A DNA stretch of 64,000 nt from Octopus sinensis (Eukaryota), in NCBI RefSeq assembly GCF_006345805.1, contig NC_043000.1, forward strand, positions 55,614,001 to 55,678,000, in the 5' to 3' direction. Shown here piece after piece: positions 1 through 13,610 of the stretch. The stretch's first letter is position 1. The number at the start of each line of letters is the position of its first letter. A model generated the notes under the pieces. That model saw only the letters and a program-made list of their open reading frames with translations, was not told the origin of the DNA and ran no database searches. Made by a program: the position numbers and the translations under genes.

Positions 1-449
1 TAGATAGATAGATAGATAGACAGACAGGCAGACAGATAGCCAAACAGACAGATAAATAAATAGGTGTTTCATTTTCTACAAATAATCAAATTTTTGCCCT
101 TGCAGACCACCAGCATTTGCATAGGCTCTCATATAACTGGTGTGTGTGTGTCTTTGACTGTGTTCTTGTGTTCTTATATTTTCGAGCAGGGGATTATATA
201 TTTTCGAACAGGAGTTCAGCAGCGCCGTCTAGCCGAGTAGCTACTCTGTGCTGAGAAAGGGTCGACAGATGTTGCTTTGTGCTGGATAGGGGTGCTGAGC
301 TCCGCTGTTCGAGTATGTGTATGCATTTTCTCTACTAATATCATGAGGTACAAATAACCATGCTAGAAGCTGTCTAGACAAATAAAATAGAAGAGCAGCA
401 TAGTGTTTCAAACCTAAGAAAGTAAAGACAAAATTCAAAATTTGTTGAC

Positions 450-1330
450 AGATATGTAACAACGACACTAACTTTATCTCAGCATGATATGCGTTGGTTG
501 ACCAACTAATTCCTCTACAACTATTCGGGTTGTAAACCCTAAAACACACGGATATTTATGCTTACACAAATATTTACGTATTCTATACAAAGACTTGTCT
601 TGAATCCAACTCATTTAAATTCAACACATCTCTTCACATAATTATATCAACGTTTAATTGAAACTTAAAAGTTAGATGATGCCTGACAGCAAACCAAAGT
701 AATTCTTCGCCCAGTGACTGTTTATCAACTTACACTCTACAAATACATATATTCTCATCTATTCTCCCACCCCTATACATCTACTTCCTGAACCTAAACA
801 AAATCTGTGGAGCACATTTGTGTTTGTATATATCAAATATCAACCAGATACAGCTGACGAATACCTACACATGTGTGCCCTAACGAATTCCTTTCCCTAT
901 AACTTTCAGAAACTTGGATATCTTTAATGAAATCTTCTACAAATATACTTCAGATGGTGTACATTAGGATTATATTGGAATTTGTTGTGATGATATATTT
1001 TTGGAAAAAAATAATATAACTGTGAGTATGATTGTGTGCTATCCCACCAAATTTTATGTGCGTATTAAATTCTGATATAATCGGAACATAAGCACTCTCA
1101 AATATATTTCTCGAAAACTTTATTTAATAACATCTACTTTTCTATAAGGTAAGAAATCCGATCCAAGTGAATTGTCTGAATCTCTTCTCTCACCTCTTCG
1201 AAAACATTTTTTTCACAACAAATTCAGATGTAACTGGAATCTACTCTATTTGAAGCATATTTGTAGAAAATATCATTGAAAAATATTCATTTCTGAGGAA
1301 GTTACAACAAAATAAATGCAGTGTGGCGTT
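450..1330 (+). mobile_element. Highly decayed Penelope-like element (RT to GIY-YIG) remnant
   Basis: Hand translation gives TCLESNSFKFN at 593 (PLE cL...F.Fn motif), CYPTKF at 1037 (GYP motif) and GIYSI at 1236 (start of GIY-YIG). Order is colinear with a PLE ORF; many stops and indels. Confidence 0.4.
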
Positions 1331-2044
1331 TTTGTTTATAAAAGCCTGTTTCTTTAACATAAGTAATACTAACATTACTTTACTATTATATATCAGCATA
1401 TCAGCTTGCTTTGCTTAACTCTCATTTTATAAGTAACAGTATTTAATTATGTAACTGCATGTTATATATAAGCAAACAATAAACCTCTTTCATTCGATTT
1501 GCATCAAAAGAGTGTCAATAAGGCGGTTGAGATGGGCTCCACTTTTGATGAGACATAAACATAAATAAGATCACTGTATTCATGATAATATTAAGTCTAC
1601 TAACGCAAAATAACTGTATCAAATATGTATCGTAGCGTGTATATATATTTATGTCATATTAAAATTTATCGGTAGTATTTACGAAGTAATTTTTCATTGC
1701 TTTGTAAATGCACGTTCTTTCAGCATAATTGCATTTCAACTCATAGCTCTGCTTCACGTTTTCCATTATTGATGTTAGAGTTTCATTCATGCTGCATGTC
1801 ATGCTAGCATTCTTTCCACATGCCATATGTATATTTGCGAATATATAATACAATGGTAGCAAATCAATGTAAAACATGCTATCTTAAAGATAGAATGTTC
1901 GCACTAGTACCCATTCATACACATACACGCTGAAGGAATATATCTTTTATATTAATGAAAATTTTGGTTCCTACAAATAATTGACGATCGCTGTCACTTA
2001 TACCTCTAATGAGTATATAGAATATTTACATACAAAAGTATGAT

Positions 2045-2700
2045 AGATTTTTTTGGACATCAAAAATCTTTTTAACAATATCCAGACCCTTTTCCTCCCG
2101 GAAGATAATATTACGTATACGTACAACATAAGAATCCACTTATAAACTTTCTGAAAGTATGTTAGTTATGTGTACCTTGCTTTTGTCAAAATATTTGACT
2201 TGATTAACTATGAAATTATACATTATGAGCTGAATCATAACAGGAAAGCTGAGCAAATGGGTCTCCGATTATCTCATAGATTAAAATCCCCTTTACGATA
2301 GCCATACATTGTCCTATTAGAATCATTCATGTTTAGAAAGGAGTTTGTGTCCCCATTTATGAAATTATACAGCTACACTCAGAATTTATGTAGAAAATAC
2401 AAAGCGGTGCTGGAAAACCAAGAAAAAACGAAAGCATTGAAGACTGACACGCCTCGTGATTTCATGATATACAAAGAAAAAAAAAATTTTCTGCGGGATT
2501 AACCTGAATAACAAAATATTTCACACAATATTTATGAAACTTAACCAAATATTCCCCCTTAGATATTAAAAAATGTACTTGGAGGCATTAGTTTTGAGTA
2601 AATTGGATCCGACATCTATAAGCCTCCTGAAATAATTCGCTGATGTTTCATCATAAATGCTATATATCCCATTTCTAAAGAAACGAAACCTTGGACATAC
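2045..2700 (+). mobile_element. Decayed Penelope-like RT remnant
   Basis: FLDIKNLFNNIQ at about 2050 (cf. SLDV.SLFTNIP), an AMG-like motif at about 2255, then PLDIK, DIYKP and IYPISK at about 2555-2680 (cf. PFLD, YRKPT, S.HP..K), in the expected order. Confidence 0.4.
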
Positions 2701-3264
2701 CTCGGACAAAATTAATCAAAAGACATAGAATATTCGGGCTTAAGTTGACTTCAACTCTATTGCAATTGTAAACCTCGTGTCCGCCAGTCTACTTCTCAAG
2801 TTTTGTATAACGGCGTTATTCTTCCGCAATAATGAAATCAATAGGAGAAATTTCTCTTCGTAGACTAAAGTTCTTTAGATTTCTTCCATTTTATTGAGAA
2901 TTATCAAGAACGCATGGCTGAATGTTTTTAAAACCACAAGAATATCTTTTTTCATTTTTTTTCAATTTTTTTTTCAACAGCAATAGTATCTATTCTTTGC
3001 CATGAATAACCGATCTTGCTCAATCACCGTTATTCTATTCAAATTGAAGTAAGATCAACTTGTCTTTGCTGCAACACTACTTTACATCATTTCTGTTACT
3101 GGTATCGTAAAACACATTAGATATAATTATATGTCATCCCAATAAAATAGTTTATTATATTTTTACGAACAAAAAGATGCCTAATTTTCAGAGCCGAAAT
3201 ATATACAATGAAGGAGGTAGGATAGTCGAGCTGTATTAGTCTGATTGAGTATGTATACATGTGC

Positions 3265-3302
<38 letters not shown>

Positions 3303-3310
3303 AGAGAGAT

Positions 3311-3358
<48 letters not shown>

Positions 3359-3584
3359 CATATCTTTTATTTTCTACTTATTTCAATCATTAGACCACGG
3401 CTGAGGAATCGCCTTGAAGAATTTTTATTTGAAAGAATCTATAATCTGTCCCAGTACTATTTTAAACCTTCCATTTATTGTGTCCTCTAATTTTTTACAG
3501 GACCGCTAAGTTACAACGACGTAAACAAACCAAATTCAGACAAGATGACATAACACACACACACACACATACACACACACATAC

Positions 3585-3631
<47 letters not shown>

Positions 3632-3634
<3 letters not shown>

Positions 3635-3790
3635 GACGAGTTTCCTTCAGTTTTCCTCTACCAAATCCACTCACAAGGCTTTGGCGGGCCCAAGGCTATA
3701 GTAGAAAATACTTGTCTAAAGTCTAAAGTGCCGTGCAGTGGGACTGAACCTGGAATCATGTGGTTGAGAACAATCTTCTTACCATATACA
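3632..3790 (-). mobile_element. SINE family B, 5' part (tRNA-like head plus CORE-like segment)
   Basis: Reverse complement matches the plus-strand copy at 30695-30830 (GGTTCAGTCCCACTGC..GGCAC.TT..CAAGT.TTTTCTACTATAGCC..GGGCC..CCAAAGCCTTGTGAGTGGATTTG). Confidence 0.75.
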
Positions 3791-3934
3791 CTTATATAAA
3801 TATATATATACGTTATGTGTCTATGTAAGTGTATATTTATAAAGTACTTGATAAAAAGAAAGACACAAACCCGTGTATAATTACTGGCGTGCTTTTGTAA
3901 TAGCATTTATGTTGGTTTCAAATTTTGTGGGAGG

Positions 3935-4090
3935 GACTAAATGGATTATATTGACCTAGTGCTCAACTGGTACATAATTTATCGATCACAGAAGAATAAA
4001 GGTTAAGTCGACCTCGGCGCAATCTGAACTCAGAAAGTGAAGACGGACGAAATTCCACTGGAGTTTTTGCCCGGCGTGCTACCACCTCAC
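3935..4090 (-). mobile_element. SINE family A copy
   Basis: Reverse complement carries AGCACGCCGGGC, a B-box-like GAGTTCAGATT and the TCGATAAATT..GTACCAGTTGAGCACT core seen in more than 12 other copies in the window. Confidence 0.7.
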
Positions 4091-4234
4091 TACCTTAAAA
4101 AATACCATTTATATTCATAATAATTTTGCTTTGATTTCCTACTCTACACAGTGCTAGTAAACTAAAATAAGATTATTTAGATTGATCTTGGAGAACATGA
4201 TTATATGTGATTCTTGGCATTGGCGGTATCTTTA

Positions 4235-4365
4235 GCACAACGGGCAAAATGTCTTTATGTTCTGAGTTCAAATTAAGTACCAGTTGAGCACTTGCGTCGG
4301 TGTAATCAACTAGTCCCCTACCCCCAAGTTAAAGTGTTGTTCATATAGTAGAGAGGATTATTTAA
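4235..4365 (+). mobile_element. SINE family A copy, internally deleted
   Basis: TTAGCACAACGGGCAAAATG...GAGTTCAAATT joined directly to AAGTACCAGTTGAGCACTT and the tail. Confidence 0.65.
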
Positions 4366-5695
4366 TACGATATTTAATGTTCTACTTGAAATCGTAGCAA
4401 TGGTGTGACATGTACTTTGTGTTTGGTAAAATTCAATAACAAAATGACGAAATTTTATAAATACCAATTTGTATAATAGTGATATTGTAATAAATGGATT
4501 ACATTAAAAACAAGTGGGATATATTTTTTCTTTTGTTTTTGCATTGAAGTTTGAACGACGAAACTAGAACCACTTTTTATACTAGAAACAGTGGATTGGC
4601 TTAAATATTGGATGCAAAAATGACAGCCCAATAGTGAAAATAATTGTTTTCAAATATAAAATGTATAAATTATAGAACAGAAAGTATCTTTTGTCACAAG
4701 AGGGTTTTGTCGTTCATTAGGATATGCATTTATAGAAATGTAATAGAGAGCAATAATGGTGAAGAATACAGGAAAGAGTAAGAAAATATAGCAAAGTATA
4801 ACCAAGGAATCTGTGAAAAGGTGAAAACGCAAAGAGAGACCAAGAATCAAAGTAAAAGTATAATAGATTAGAACCCTGGCAAGTTTTGAGAAAAGAGAAA
4901 TAAAAGTGTTAATGATGGAAATGGAAAATAATTAAATGATCAAAAACAGCACTAATAAATTTGGAAACCTGCGGTGAGAGTAGCAAGTTAACAAAGAGAC
5001 TGACAGAGAAAAAAATATCGATAGATTTATTACACACATATTTTCGCTATTATGGAAGCAGACAGTCCATGTGACTTCTACTTTTAAAGACGATTGAAGT
5101 CACTCAGGGATGGCGTTCATTATGATAAGTAATTGATTTCTTTGCCTTCAACATAAAAAAAGCATTTACTTCCGCATGGGCATATTAGGGAAAAATAACA
5201 AATCTTATTAATTTCTAATCATTATATTTAATGGGAAAGAAAGGAAGAAAGAGAGAAAGAACGGAAGAAAGAGAAGTGCCGTAGGAAATTTAGGATGTAA
5301 AAAAGATGCAAAGAGATGCTAATTCTGAATAAGTTTCAGACTGTTTCCATGCAAATTTCCCCAACACACTCACACATATACTCTCAAATGATATGATGCA
5401 GGGGGCAATTTTTGATCTCTTTAACCAACTGACCAGACATATTTTAAATAGTTACCCGTTACTTATTTTCATATCTTGATGATACAATCACTGAGCTTTT
5501 AGTTTTTATTACCAATAACATACGTTCAAAGATAAACATGTCTAGAACATGACTAGAAATATGAGTACATCAAAATCATGAACAAGTTTATGCTGTAACG
5601 ATATATGTACGCATTCGTGCCTGTGATTGCGTAGGCATGTATATAGGTGAATCTCTCTCTCTCTCTCTCTCTCTATATATTATATATATATATAT

Positions 5696-5796
<101 letters not shown>

Positions 5797-5956
5797 CAGA
5801 TATACCCAGAACCACGCTAACAGCTTACGAGTGAAATTTAGGATTCCTCGGTTTTTTGTGAATTGATTTTGATAAAACTTTTTCCACCTAATTTGCACAC
5901 TAAGGCAACACTATTGTCATGTTTTCATTAATCTGTGTAACGTCCTTTCTTTTTTG

Positions 5957-7074
5957 GGTGAACCACACTAATAGCGTTTCTAAGAACAATGGGAAGTGGA
6001 AAAGGCCTTAACGATGAAGGCCTTGTCATCATCAAGGCACGTGCGAAAGGTACCTCTCTTTGTCAATATGAAGAAGTTAAATCGTTACATGGACACATTA
6101 GATGATTACTGAAAGACCCTTTGCCAAGGAAGAAACGATCCAATTGTGGAACCTCCAAGACTGTGAATTTTAGGAATACTGGGTGCAAGTTACGTGGGAA
6201 ACATGGACAAACAAGCAAAGCCAATATCATCGCCCTGGACTTCCTCATGTACCGAAAACCACCAGAAATCGTATATTAGAGAACATGACTTCCACGCGAG
6301 AACCCCTGAAACTGCCTCCTTTAAAGCCCCATCACAGGAGTTTGAGGATTCAATGGGCCCAAAAGTACATGCCGTTAGGTATGAGTTATGTTCAGTTCAC
6401 TGACGAAACTAAGCTGAGCCTTGACGGACCTGACGGTTGGGCAATTGGTTAGGTTTATTTTGGAGAGTAGCGTTACCAACGTTTACGATGTGAACACCAG
6501 CATGGAGGAGTATTGTTGTGAGCTGATATCATTGAGGACAGACGTGTTGGACCAGTCAGGGTGTCTGGAGGAGCTTAAAGTAACCGCAGCGACTACTGCA
6601 CTCTCCTGAAGAATGTCTTTGATCTCTGGCTAGATGACATACTGCTGTCGCTTCTAAGGAATCTCGGAATCATGCATGACAACACACCAACCCACTCTGC
6701 AAGTACCATCCAAATATTACTAGGGCCATACGGCATACGATGATGTGGTCGCCAGCATCTCTGGATCTACACCCTATTGAAAATCTTTGGATGTATATGC
6801 CGATGGACGCCAATTTATGTTGGAAGATGTTTTATGGGCGACCATGAAAGCAGCAGCATAGGTAGTCCAGCCTGATACTATTAAGAAATTAACAATAGCG
6901 TTTTTAAGGTTACACGTCGAAATGGCGGTCATGTGGCTAAATAATTTATTATGTCAATAAATGTTTTCTGTTAAATATAAAATCCATGTGTGCCTAATAT
7001 GTATCATTACTCTTCATTTTCTGAAAAAATGTCTAGATGGGCTATTTTCATTTAAAATCTATTAGCGTAGTTCA
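5957..7074 (+). mobile_element. Tc1/Tc3-like (DD34E) DNA transposon, transposase pseudogene
   Basis: RIQWAQKYM...VQFTDETKLSLDGPDGW (6350-6440, first Asp), QHGGVLL, MHDNTPTHSA (second Asp at 6678) and WSPASLDLHPIENLW (Glu at 6779, 101 nt after the second Asp, consistent with D34E plus small indels). A 16-bp inverted repeat with 14/16 identity lies at 5959-5974 and 7059-7074. Confidence 0.85.
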
Positions 7075-7790
7075 GCCAGGGCTTCATAACAGTTTCCAGT
7101 ACCTCAACGTATCCAACGGCGTTAATTCTAAGATCCAGTGGAATAAAGTGGGGAAGCATCACATGACCTTCGCTACTCACCACTCCTAAAACCATCGCAG
7201 GTGCTGGAAATTTCGTGTGCATCGCCCTGGGAACGTCAGAAGGATCTGCACATTAACACCTGTCTTTTTTTCTGTTAGACTTTTGAACATGTTCAGATTA
7301 TTTTTCGTCCGATAAAAACCAAAGCATGCCTTGTTCATTCGGGTTTTTCACCTTGTTAAGAACCGTTTTGAACAGATGAGACGATTTCCTGTGTCTCTAT
7401 ATACACGAATTAGCCTTTCCTTATACCTAGGACTTGTATCGAATGTCACGTTGTACCGCAGTTCTGATAGTCCACTCTGACATCCGAAATTCTTTAGAAA
7501 TGGAACTCATTGATCATGTTGGGTTTTCATCGATAAAGTTTTGAGTATTTATAAATTACGGTGTCCTTTTAGTGTTTGAGCACTGTGAATGTTTTTTTTT
7601 CTTTGATACAGATGAAACATTACTATCACATATCTCCAATTCCAACCGAACTTTGTGTACAAAGGATCTTGCAACATTTAGGAAGTTGCTAATTTCTAAA
7701 TCACTGTGGTTTGCATGTAAAGCAGCTAAGACTGCATGACTTTCCTTTCATGAGTTAACATATCTTGAAAGGGTACTCTGAAAAAGAAAA
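7075..7790 (-). mobile_element. Tc1/mariner-superfamily transposase pseudogene of maT/DD37D-like (or rosa/DD41D-like) type, 3'-truncated
   Basis: Minus-strand translation from the ATG at 7761: MLTHERKSHAVLAALHANHSDLEISNFLNVARSFVHKVR...GMLWFLSDEK...MHTKFPAPAMVLGVVSSEGHVMLPHF..LRINAVGYVEVLETVMKPWL. It ends before the second catalytic Asp, so the subfamily cannot be fixed. Confidence 0.8.
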
Positions 7791-8334
7791 TGATGCATTA
7801 GACAATTTGAAGGTGTATTGAACAAAAAACGAAATGTCCTCAATTATATATATATATACACGACATTTGTGTGTATGTATAAGTGTGGCTTCATATGTGC
7901 ATGGCCTCAGCTGCTGATTGAAACTCCTCGAAGAATAAAAGAGAAAGAACATATAAATGCAGAGAGTCAGAAAATGACAGAGACAAGGACAGACAAAATC
8001 AGACTGAGAAACAGATAGAAATGCAGACATGCAGGCAGACAGACAGACCAATAGATCGATACATGTGTATGTGTGTATATAAGTGTATGCGCTTGTATGA
8101 TGGATTTATGTAAAAGATATAAAAATAATATTCTATGTATCAAATAATGAAGTATTTTTCAGGTGATATTAAAGAACAACGACATTTCATTCTTTCAATA
8201 TTAATTCATGGTTAAGAAAGATGTATTTCATTCACTCATGCTTAAAGCAACTTATACTCTCTGAAATATGAACTAAAGACATTGATTCAGAGAAAATTTA
8301 ATATTTTTGAGCATATTAAGAATGCGATCAGGTA

Positions 8335-8757
8335 AAATCATTAGCACGCCAGGAAAAATACTTTAGCGGCAGTTCGTCTGTCTTTACATTCATAGATCTA
8401 ATTTTACCGACGTCGATTTTAACCTTCATATCTTTCGGTGTCGATAAAATAAGTATCATTTGAGTACTGGGGTCTATATAATCAACTTATATCTTCCTTC
8501 CAAACAGCAGACCTTGTGTCAAAATTTGAAGCCAATATTTTAGGGTGATGAACTGGTAGAACTGTTAGCACGCCGGGCAAAATGCTTCCCGGCATTTCGT
8601 CCGTCTTTACGTTCTGAATTCAAATTTCGCCGAGGTTGGGTTTGCCTCTTTTTTCTTTTTTCGGCGTCAGTAAAATAAGTACCATTCGAATACTGAAGAC
8701 TATATAATCGACTTATCCCTCCCTCCGACATTGTTGGCCTTGTGCTAAAATTTGAAA
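8335..8757 (+). mobile_element. Two tandem SINE family A copies
   Basis: Both copies (about 8335-8540 and 8543-8757) show TTAGCACGCC.GG.AAAAT, the GTCGA/GTAAAATAAGTA core and a CCTTGTG...AAATTTGAA tail. Confidence 0.8.
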
Positions 8758-9109
8758 CCGATATCTTTGGGTATATTTCTAAACATTGCTATTGTCGGAA
8801 GATTTTACTTTTATATAGCAATTGCTGGGATACGTAGTGGAGATATTAAAATTTATGAGGTGAATAGTCAGAAGGTAAAACGTATAACATATTATTCAAC
8901 GACTACTGAATGTCTTGCCTTGATTAAAGAAAAACCAGTTACTGAAAAAAATATTACATATATTCATGTGTATTCAAGTGTGTGTGATAGACGGATAGAT
9001 AGAGACAGACAGACATACAGTGAGTAACGATATAGACATATTTACATGTCTATATATACAAATTACGATGCTTCCTTTATCCCTCTCTCTATTTTTCTCC
9101 CTAAGGATA

Positions 9110-9173
<64 letters not shown>

Positions 9174-9730
9174 CAGAGACAGAGACAGAGACAGAGACAG
9201 AGACAGAGAGGGAGAGAAATAGATAGATAGATAGAAAGAAGGATATATAGAGAGAGAGGGAGAGAGAGAAAGAGAGTGGGGAGAGATACACACACAGAAA
9301 TACAGACAGACAGACCGATAATTAATTAGATAAACACACGTACATGTATAAAGAGACGGAGAGACAGACTAAGCAGTGATGTGTGTATTCAATAGATTAA
9401 GTGTATGTTTATTTGTGTTTCCATGCTTATGTATGAAGTGCTTTGATTGGCACCGGTCGAGAAAGTGCACCTGTTTTCCATTTTTTCTTCCTTATGCCTT
9501 TTATACTTAAATTAGCATCCAGCTTGATCTAAGCAGAAACAATGTTTCTTCATAAATTCTTTGTTCATAAATTCTTTCGTATGAGACACAACGGCACAGT
9601 GACGCACTGCAAATAGGCATGGTAACTGGTAATTTCTGATTACGTGTCAGAGAACAAGTGATCTCGGATAATTATGAATATGTGGTGTGTGTTTGGGTGT
9701 GTGCACACACATACATACATAAATGCATAT

Positions 9731-9763
<33 letters not shown>

Positions 9764-10899
9764 TATAGATAGATAGATAGATAGATATATAAATATAAAT
9801 ATATATATATAATATTCGACAATTTCTAGATTGTTTGTGTTACTGCTGTTGGATTGGATTTCTTTCAAAAATTTCTTGCATTCAGACATATTCACATTCT
9901 TTCATCATATCACTTTGTTGTTTTGTTAAAGTATTTTACTTAATCTTTGTGCTTTTTTAATAATTTTTGGCTCTCCTTGAGCTTGAATTACCTCTATATT
10001 TGTTTTCTCATTCAAATGTTTGAATTTTATTTTCATTTTTCTAATTATTTATCACTCTCTTACTATATATCTCTTACTTTTTCTTTCAAACAGTTTTTCC
10101 TATGCGTGTCAATTTATTTGCGATCTCTAGGATGTGTCAAATATCTTTTTTAGTACCTGTATCTACGTAAAGTGGTGGATTACTGATCTCACTTTTATAC
10201 TACTCGCTGTCTTTGAAATATTTCCTAATATCTTGTGTATTTAATTGTGGTTTATAGAGAGATTTCGATGAAGATCTGTTAAGGAATAAAGTGATGCAGC
10301 TCAATGATTGTGTCGTTTGGATGCGACCTCATACTGTTGGAGAGTGTCAGAAAAGAATCCTCGGAGTTACCTTTAATCTTTAGGTCCTAGTGGCTTTAAA
10401 TCTACTGGAAGATCAATGAGATGTTATTGATAATAGTCTTATTTGAAACTAACATTTCAAAAATTAATCGTATTTTTGTATATACTGGTGTATTAAACAT
10501 GTTATGTAGGTTTGTTGTATGCCTATTTTGGATTACATATTTTATCCATTTTCATACTTTTCTCCGTATGAATTTGGAACTGTTTACTAAATTATTTAAA
10601 TAAATAATCGTTCCCGTGTCACCGAATGTCTTTTTCTTTAGTGGTGAGAGTATCGAAGTGGTATAGTAAGCCCATGACAAGACACCTTTGCCGCACTATT
10701 TCATTTCATTTCATTTGCCACATACATAACTACAAGCAGCAATTTATGGCTTAAATTGGTAACAGCGATGAAATTTCCCACATACACATGAAGTAAAACT
10801 ATGCTGAATTTCTTGAAATTATTGCAATATGTTTCCTGTGTTAAGAACTGCTTGTTCCCTTTACAATCTGTTCAGTACGTTACTACTTAAGAATTATTA

Positions 10900-11900
10900 A
10901 CCATTCCTTTTACATCACACTATTTGATTGTTTTCCTTTTCATGACAACTATGAAAAGTCGTTCTTTTCAAAATGTTACTTGCTGTTTTTCTACGTTCTA
11001 TGTGATTTGTCGGCATAAGATTAAAGATTCTCTGAATACATATAACTCTGGAACAAATTGGATTGCCTTTGCCATTACGTTCGCTGGTAAGATAGGTTTT
11101 ATGTTATTAGTATTGATGTTTTAGCCTCAGGTAAGCTCTGATTGAGAAGAATTATTATCAAAACGTCGACTAGTTCGTTGTTTTCTCTTTTATGTATTCT
11201 ATATATCTTAACAAAGATTTAGCATTGTCCTTGACTGTTACTATTATATACAAAACAGAATGACTCTCTATTCTATCTGATTTGTTAATTATATTCACCT
11301 TTTTTGAAGCACGTTCTTGTTTGCGCCTTTACAATATCCCATTTTATTGTATTTTTGTGTTTTCAGCTTTGATGTTTTAGTAGATCTTAGTGCACTAAGT
11401 TTTGATTTTATAGTATTTTGTTTCTTCGCTTCCCGTGTTAGATCTAACTGCATGATTTACGTTCTTAATGGACTTATTTCTTATGTGTGATTTGTGTCAA
11501 TGACTTGCGTTTTTTTTATGTTCTATTTTCATTTCCTCTATGTTTTGCACTTTAAAAAGTATATCCTCTTTCGCTAGCAAGTCACCTGTAGCTGAACCAT
11601 ATATTGAGATCCCGAGTTGTATTTTTTTCTTCCAAAGTTTGTATAAGAATATCGTTTCGTTTTGTATTGGGTACAAAATGATTTTGGAAAACATGCATAT
11701 AGAATAGAAAGCTGTTGTTCCGGTGTTTATGTCTCTAGTGATGCTTTTATGAAACTTGAGGGAACTCTGTTTAAAATGTCATCTTTTCGTTTTGCCCCAG
11801 TTATTTGTTCGTTTTGCACCAGTTATTTGATTTTTAATATTTCATTTATTGTATTTGTTATACACTAGATTCAAAATATACACGCCACCTTTAAACTTAT
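10900..11900 (-). mobile_element. Possible very old CR1/L2/Jockey-group LINE remnant
   Basis: Only a weak NAKSLLRYI motif (cf. NPK.FW.YI) near 11220 and purine-rich, Lys-biased minus-strand composition. No catalytic motif is readable. Confidence 0.25.
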
Positions 11901-12092
11901 TCTAAATGCGTTTTATTATTGTCCAGGATTTAACTTTGCACAGGGGAAAGGAATCCGACCGCCCTGTTCCTTTACACGTAGTGTCACACAGCTATATAGT
12001 GTGAAAATTTGTAATGCCTTAATTATAAATTGTAACAGTATCAATGTAGTTTGTAAATATTATTGGTATCTTAGTTTGGTTTTTCTAGTGTT

Positions 12093-12270
12093 ACTGGAAC
12101 ATTGCAGGCCAGCTAAACAAGAGCTGACAAGTGACTTACACCTATGGATGCCAAAGCATGACCGTTTTCCAGCAGGTCGTCTAAACACAACATATGTACA
12201 TCAGCACATCAGAGACAATGGATACCTTCCCGATGTCCCAGATATGTGTCGTGTGAGGGTTAAAGAAGAG
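12093..12270 (+). mobile_element. RTE-clade LINE ORF C-terminal remnant
   Basis: EHCRPAKQELTSDLHLWMPKHDRFPAGRLNTTYVHQHIRDNG resembles the RTE C-terminal GHC.R....DLLLW.P.HG....GRP..TYIDQL..DTG signature. Confidence 0.65.
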
Positions 12271-12461
12271 TCCAAGCAAGGAGAAGCACATGATAATGGC
12301 ATGATGCTTAATATATTACTCTTGAAAACTATCACAATTTTTCGATCTGGTTTGTGTTTTAATAAGTCTTAATGAGATTCTTGTTGCTGTCATATCTGTT
12401 CCCATGTTACGCGTTTCCCGATGTTCTATCATTATTATTATAACTATCATTATTATTATTA

Positions 12462-12700
12462 TTGAGGCAGCAAGCTGACAGAATCGTTAGCACGCCGGGC
12501 AAAATGCTTAGCAGCATTTCGTCTGTTTGTACGTCCTGGTTTCAAATTACGCCGTGGTCAACTTTGCCTTTCGTGCTTTCGGGGTCGATAAATTAAGTAC
12601 CAGTGAAACATTGGGATCGATATAATTGACTACCCTCACCCCCCAACCGCCCAAAAATATTCAGCCTTTGTGCCTTTAGTAGAAATGATTATCATTATTC
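12462..12700 (+). mobile_element. SINE family A copy
   Basis: GCAAGCTGACAGAATCGTTAGCACGCCGGGC...GTTTCAAATT...CTTTCGGGGTCGATAAATTAAGTACCAG. Confidence 0.85.
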
Positions 12701-13129
12701 TCGTTGTTGTTGTTCCTACTAGGAAAACAACCCCAGTAACATGTACACTACAGGTCAGATACCCAAAAAAAGAACTTAGAACATGTTTTATTTTATTTTA
12801 CTCAGTTTCTAACAGCTGGAGATGTATTACGCTGTTCACTACCAGCGAACTAACGTAACACCCCATATTTTTCAAGTACTCTCTGGGGTATTCGAGTTGT
12901 CCAAAGCAGTGCTGTTTTCTACAAGTGCGTCACACATATTGCAACCTCTATTTGTTCAATCTCTTCTCAAGAGCTTTTCTTTGCTGTCTCTAATTTTCCG
13001 AGAAGTATTGGGATTGCAACTACCATGTTTTTCCAGTGACGACCAAATTCAGAATCTCCCAAGCTAATCTCTGATTTCTATCGACTTTTTCATCGCATAC
13101 CTTGCCGTTGTTATTGTTAGTTGTTATAA

Positions 13130-13421
13130 GCAGTAGTAGTAGTAGTAGTAGTAGTAATAGTAGTAGTAGTAGTAGTAGTAGTAGTAATGGTGGTGGTGAT
13201 GGTGACGGTGATGGTAATGGTGGTGGTGGCAGCAGCGGCAGCGACTTCGCGGGCCACCTCCCAATGGTGTCGGGCGTCAACGAAGAGCCCTCGACCAAAG
13301 TTTTGTTTCCAAGGTCTGGGGTCTCCCGCCCCTAAGCCCTAGACTATCACCTAATCACCTTTACCCGTCTTGTTGCTTAACAACAACTACAACATCACAT
13401 CATCATCATCATCATCACTGT

Positions 13422-13483
<62 letters not shown>

Positions 13484-13500
13484 CTAGTAGTAGTAGCAGC
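13130..13500. repeat. Compound trinucleotide microsatellites (AGT, GGT/GAT, CAT, AGC)
   Basis: Directly visible runs flanking a GC-rich unique segment at 13236-13370. Confidence 0.9.
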
Positions 13501-13571
13501 AGCAAATAGTTGATAGGCTCAGGCAAATTTCTGGTGCATCACTTGCTACATCGCTGTGTTGCTGAGGTGTG

Positions 13572-13610
<39 letters not shown>

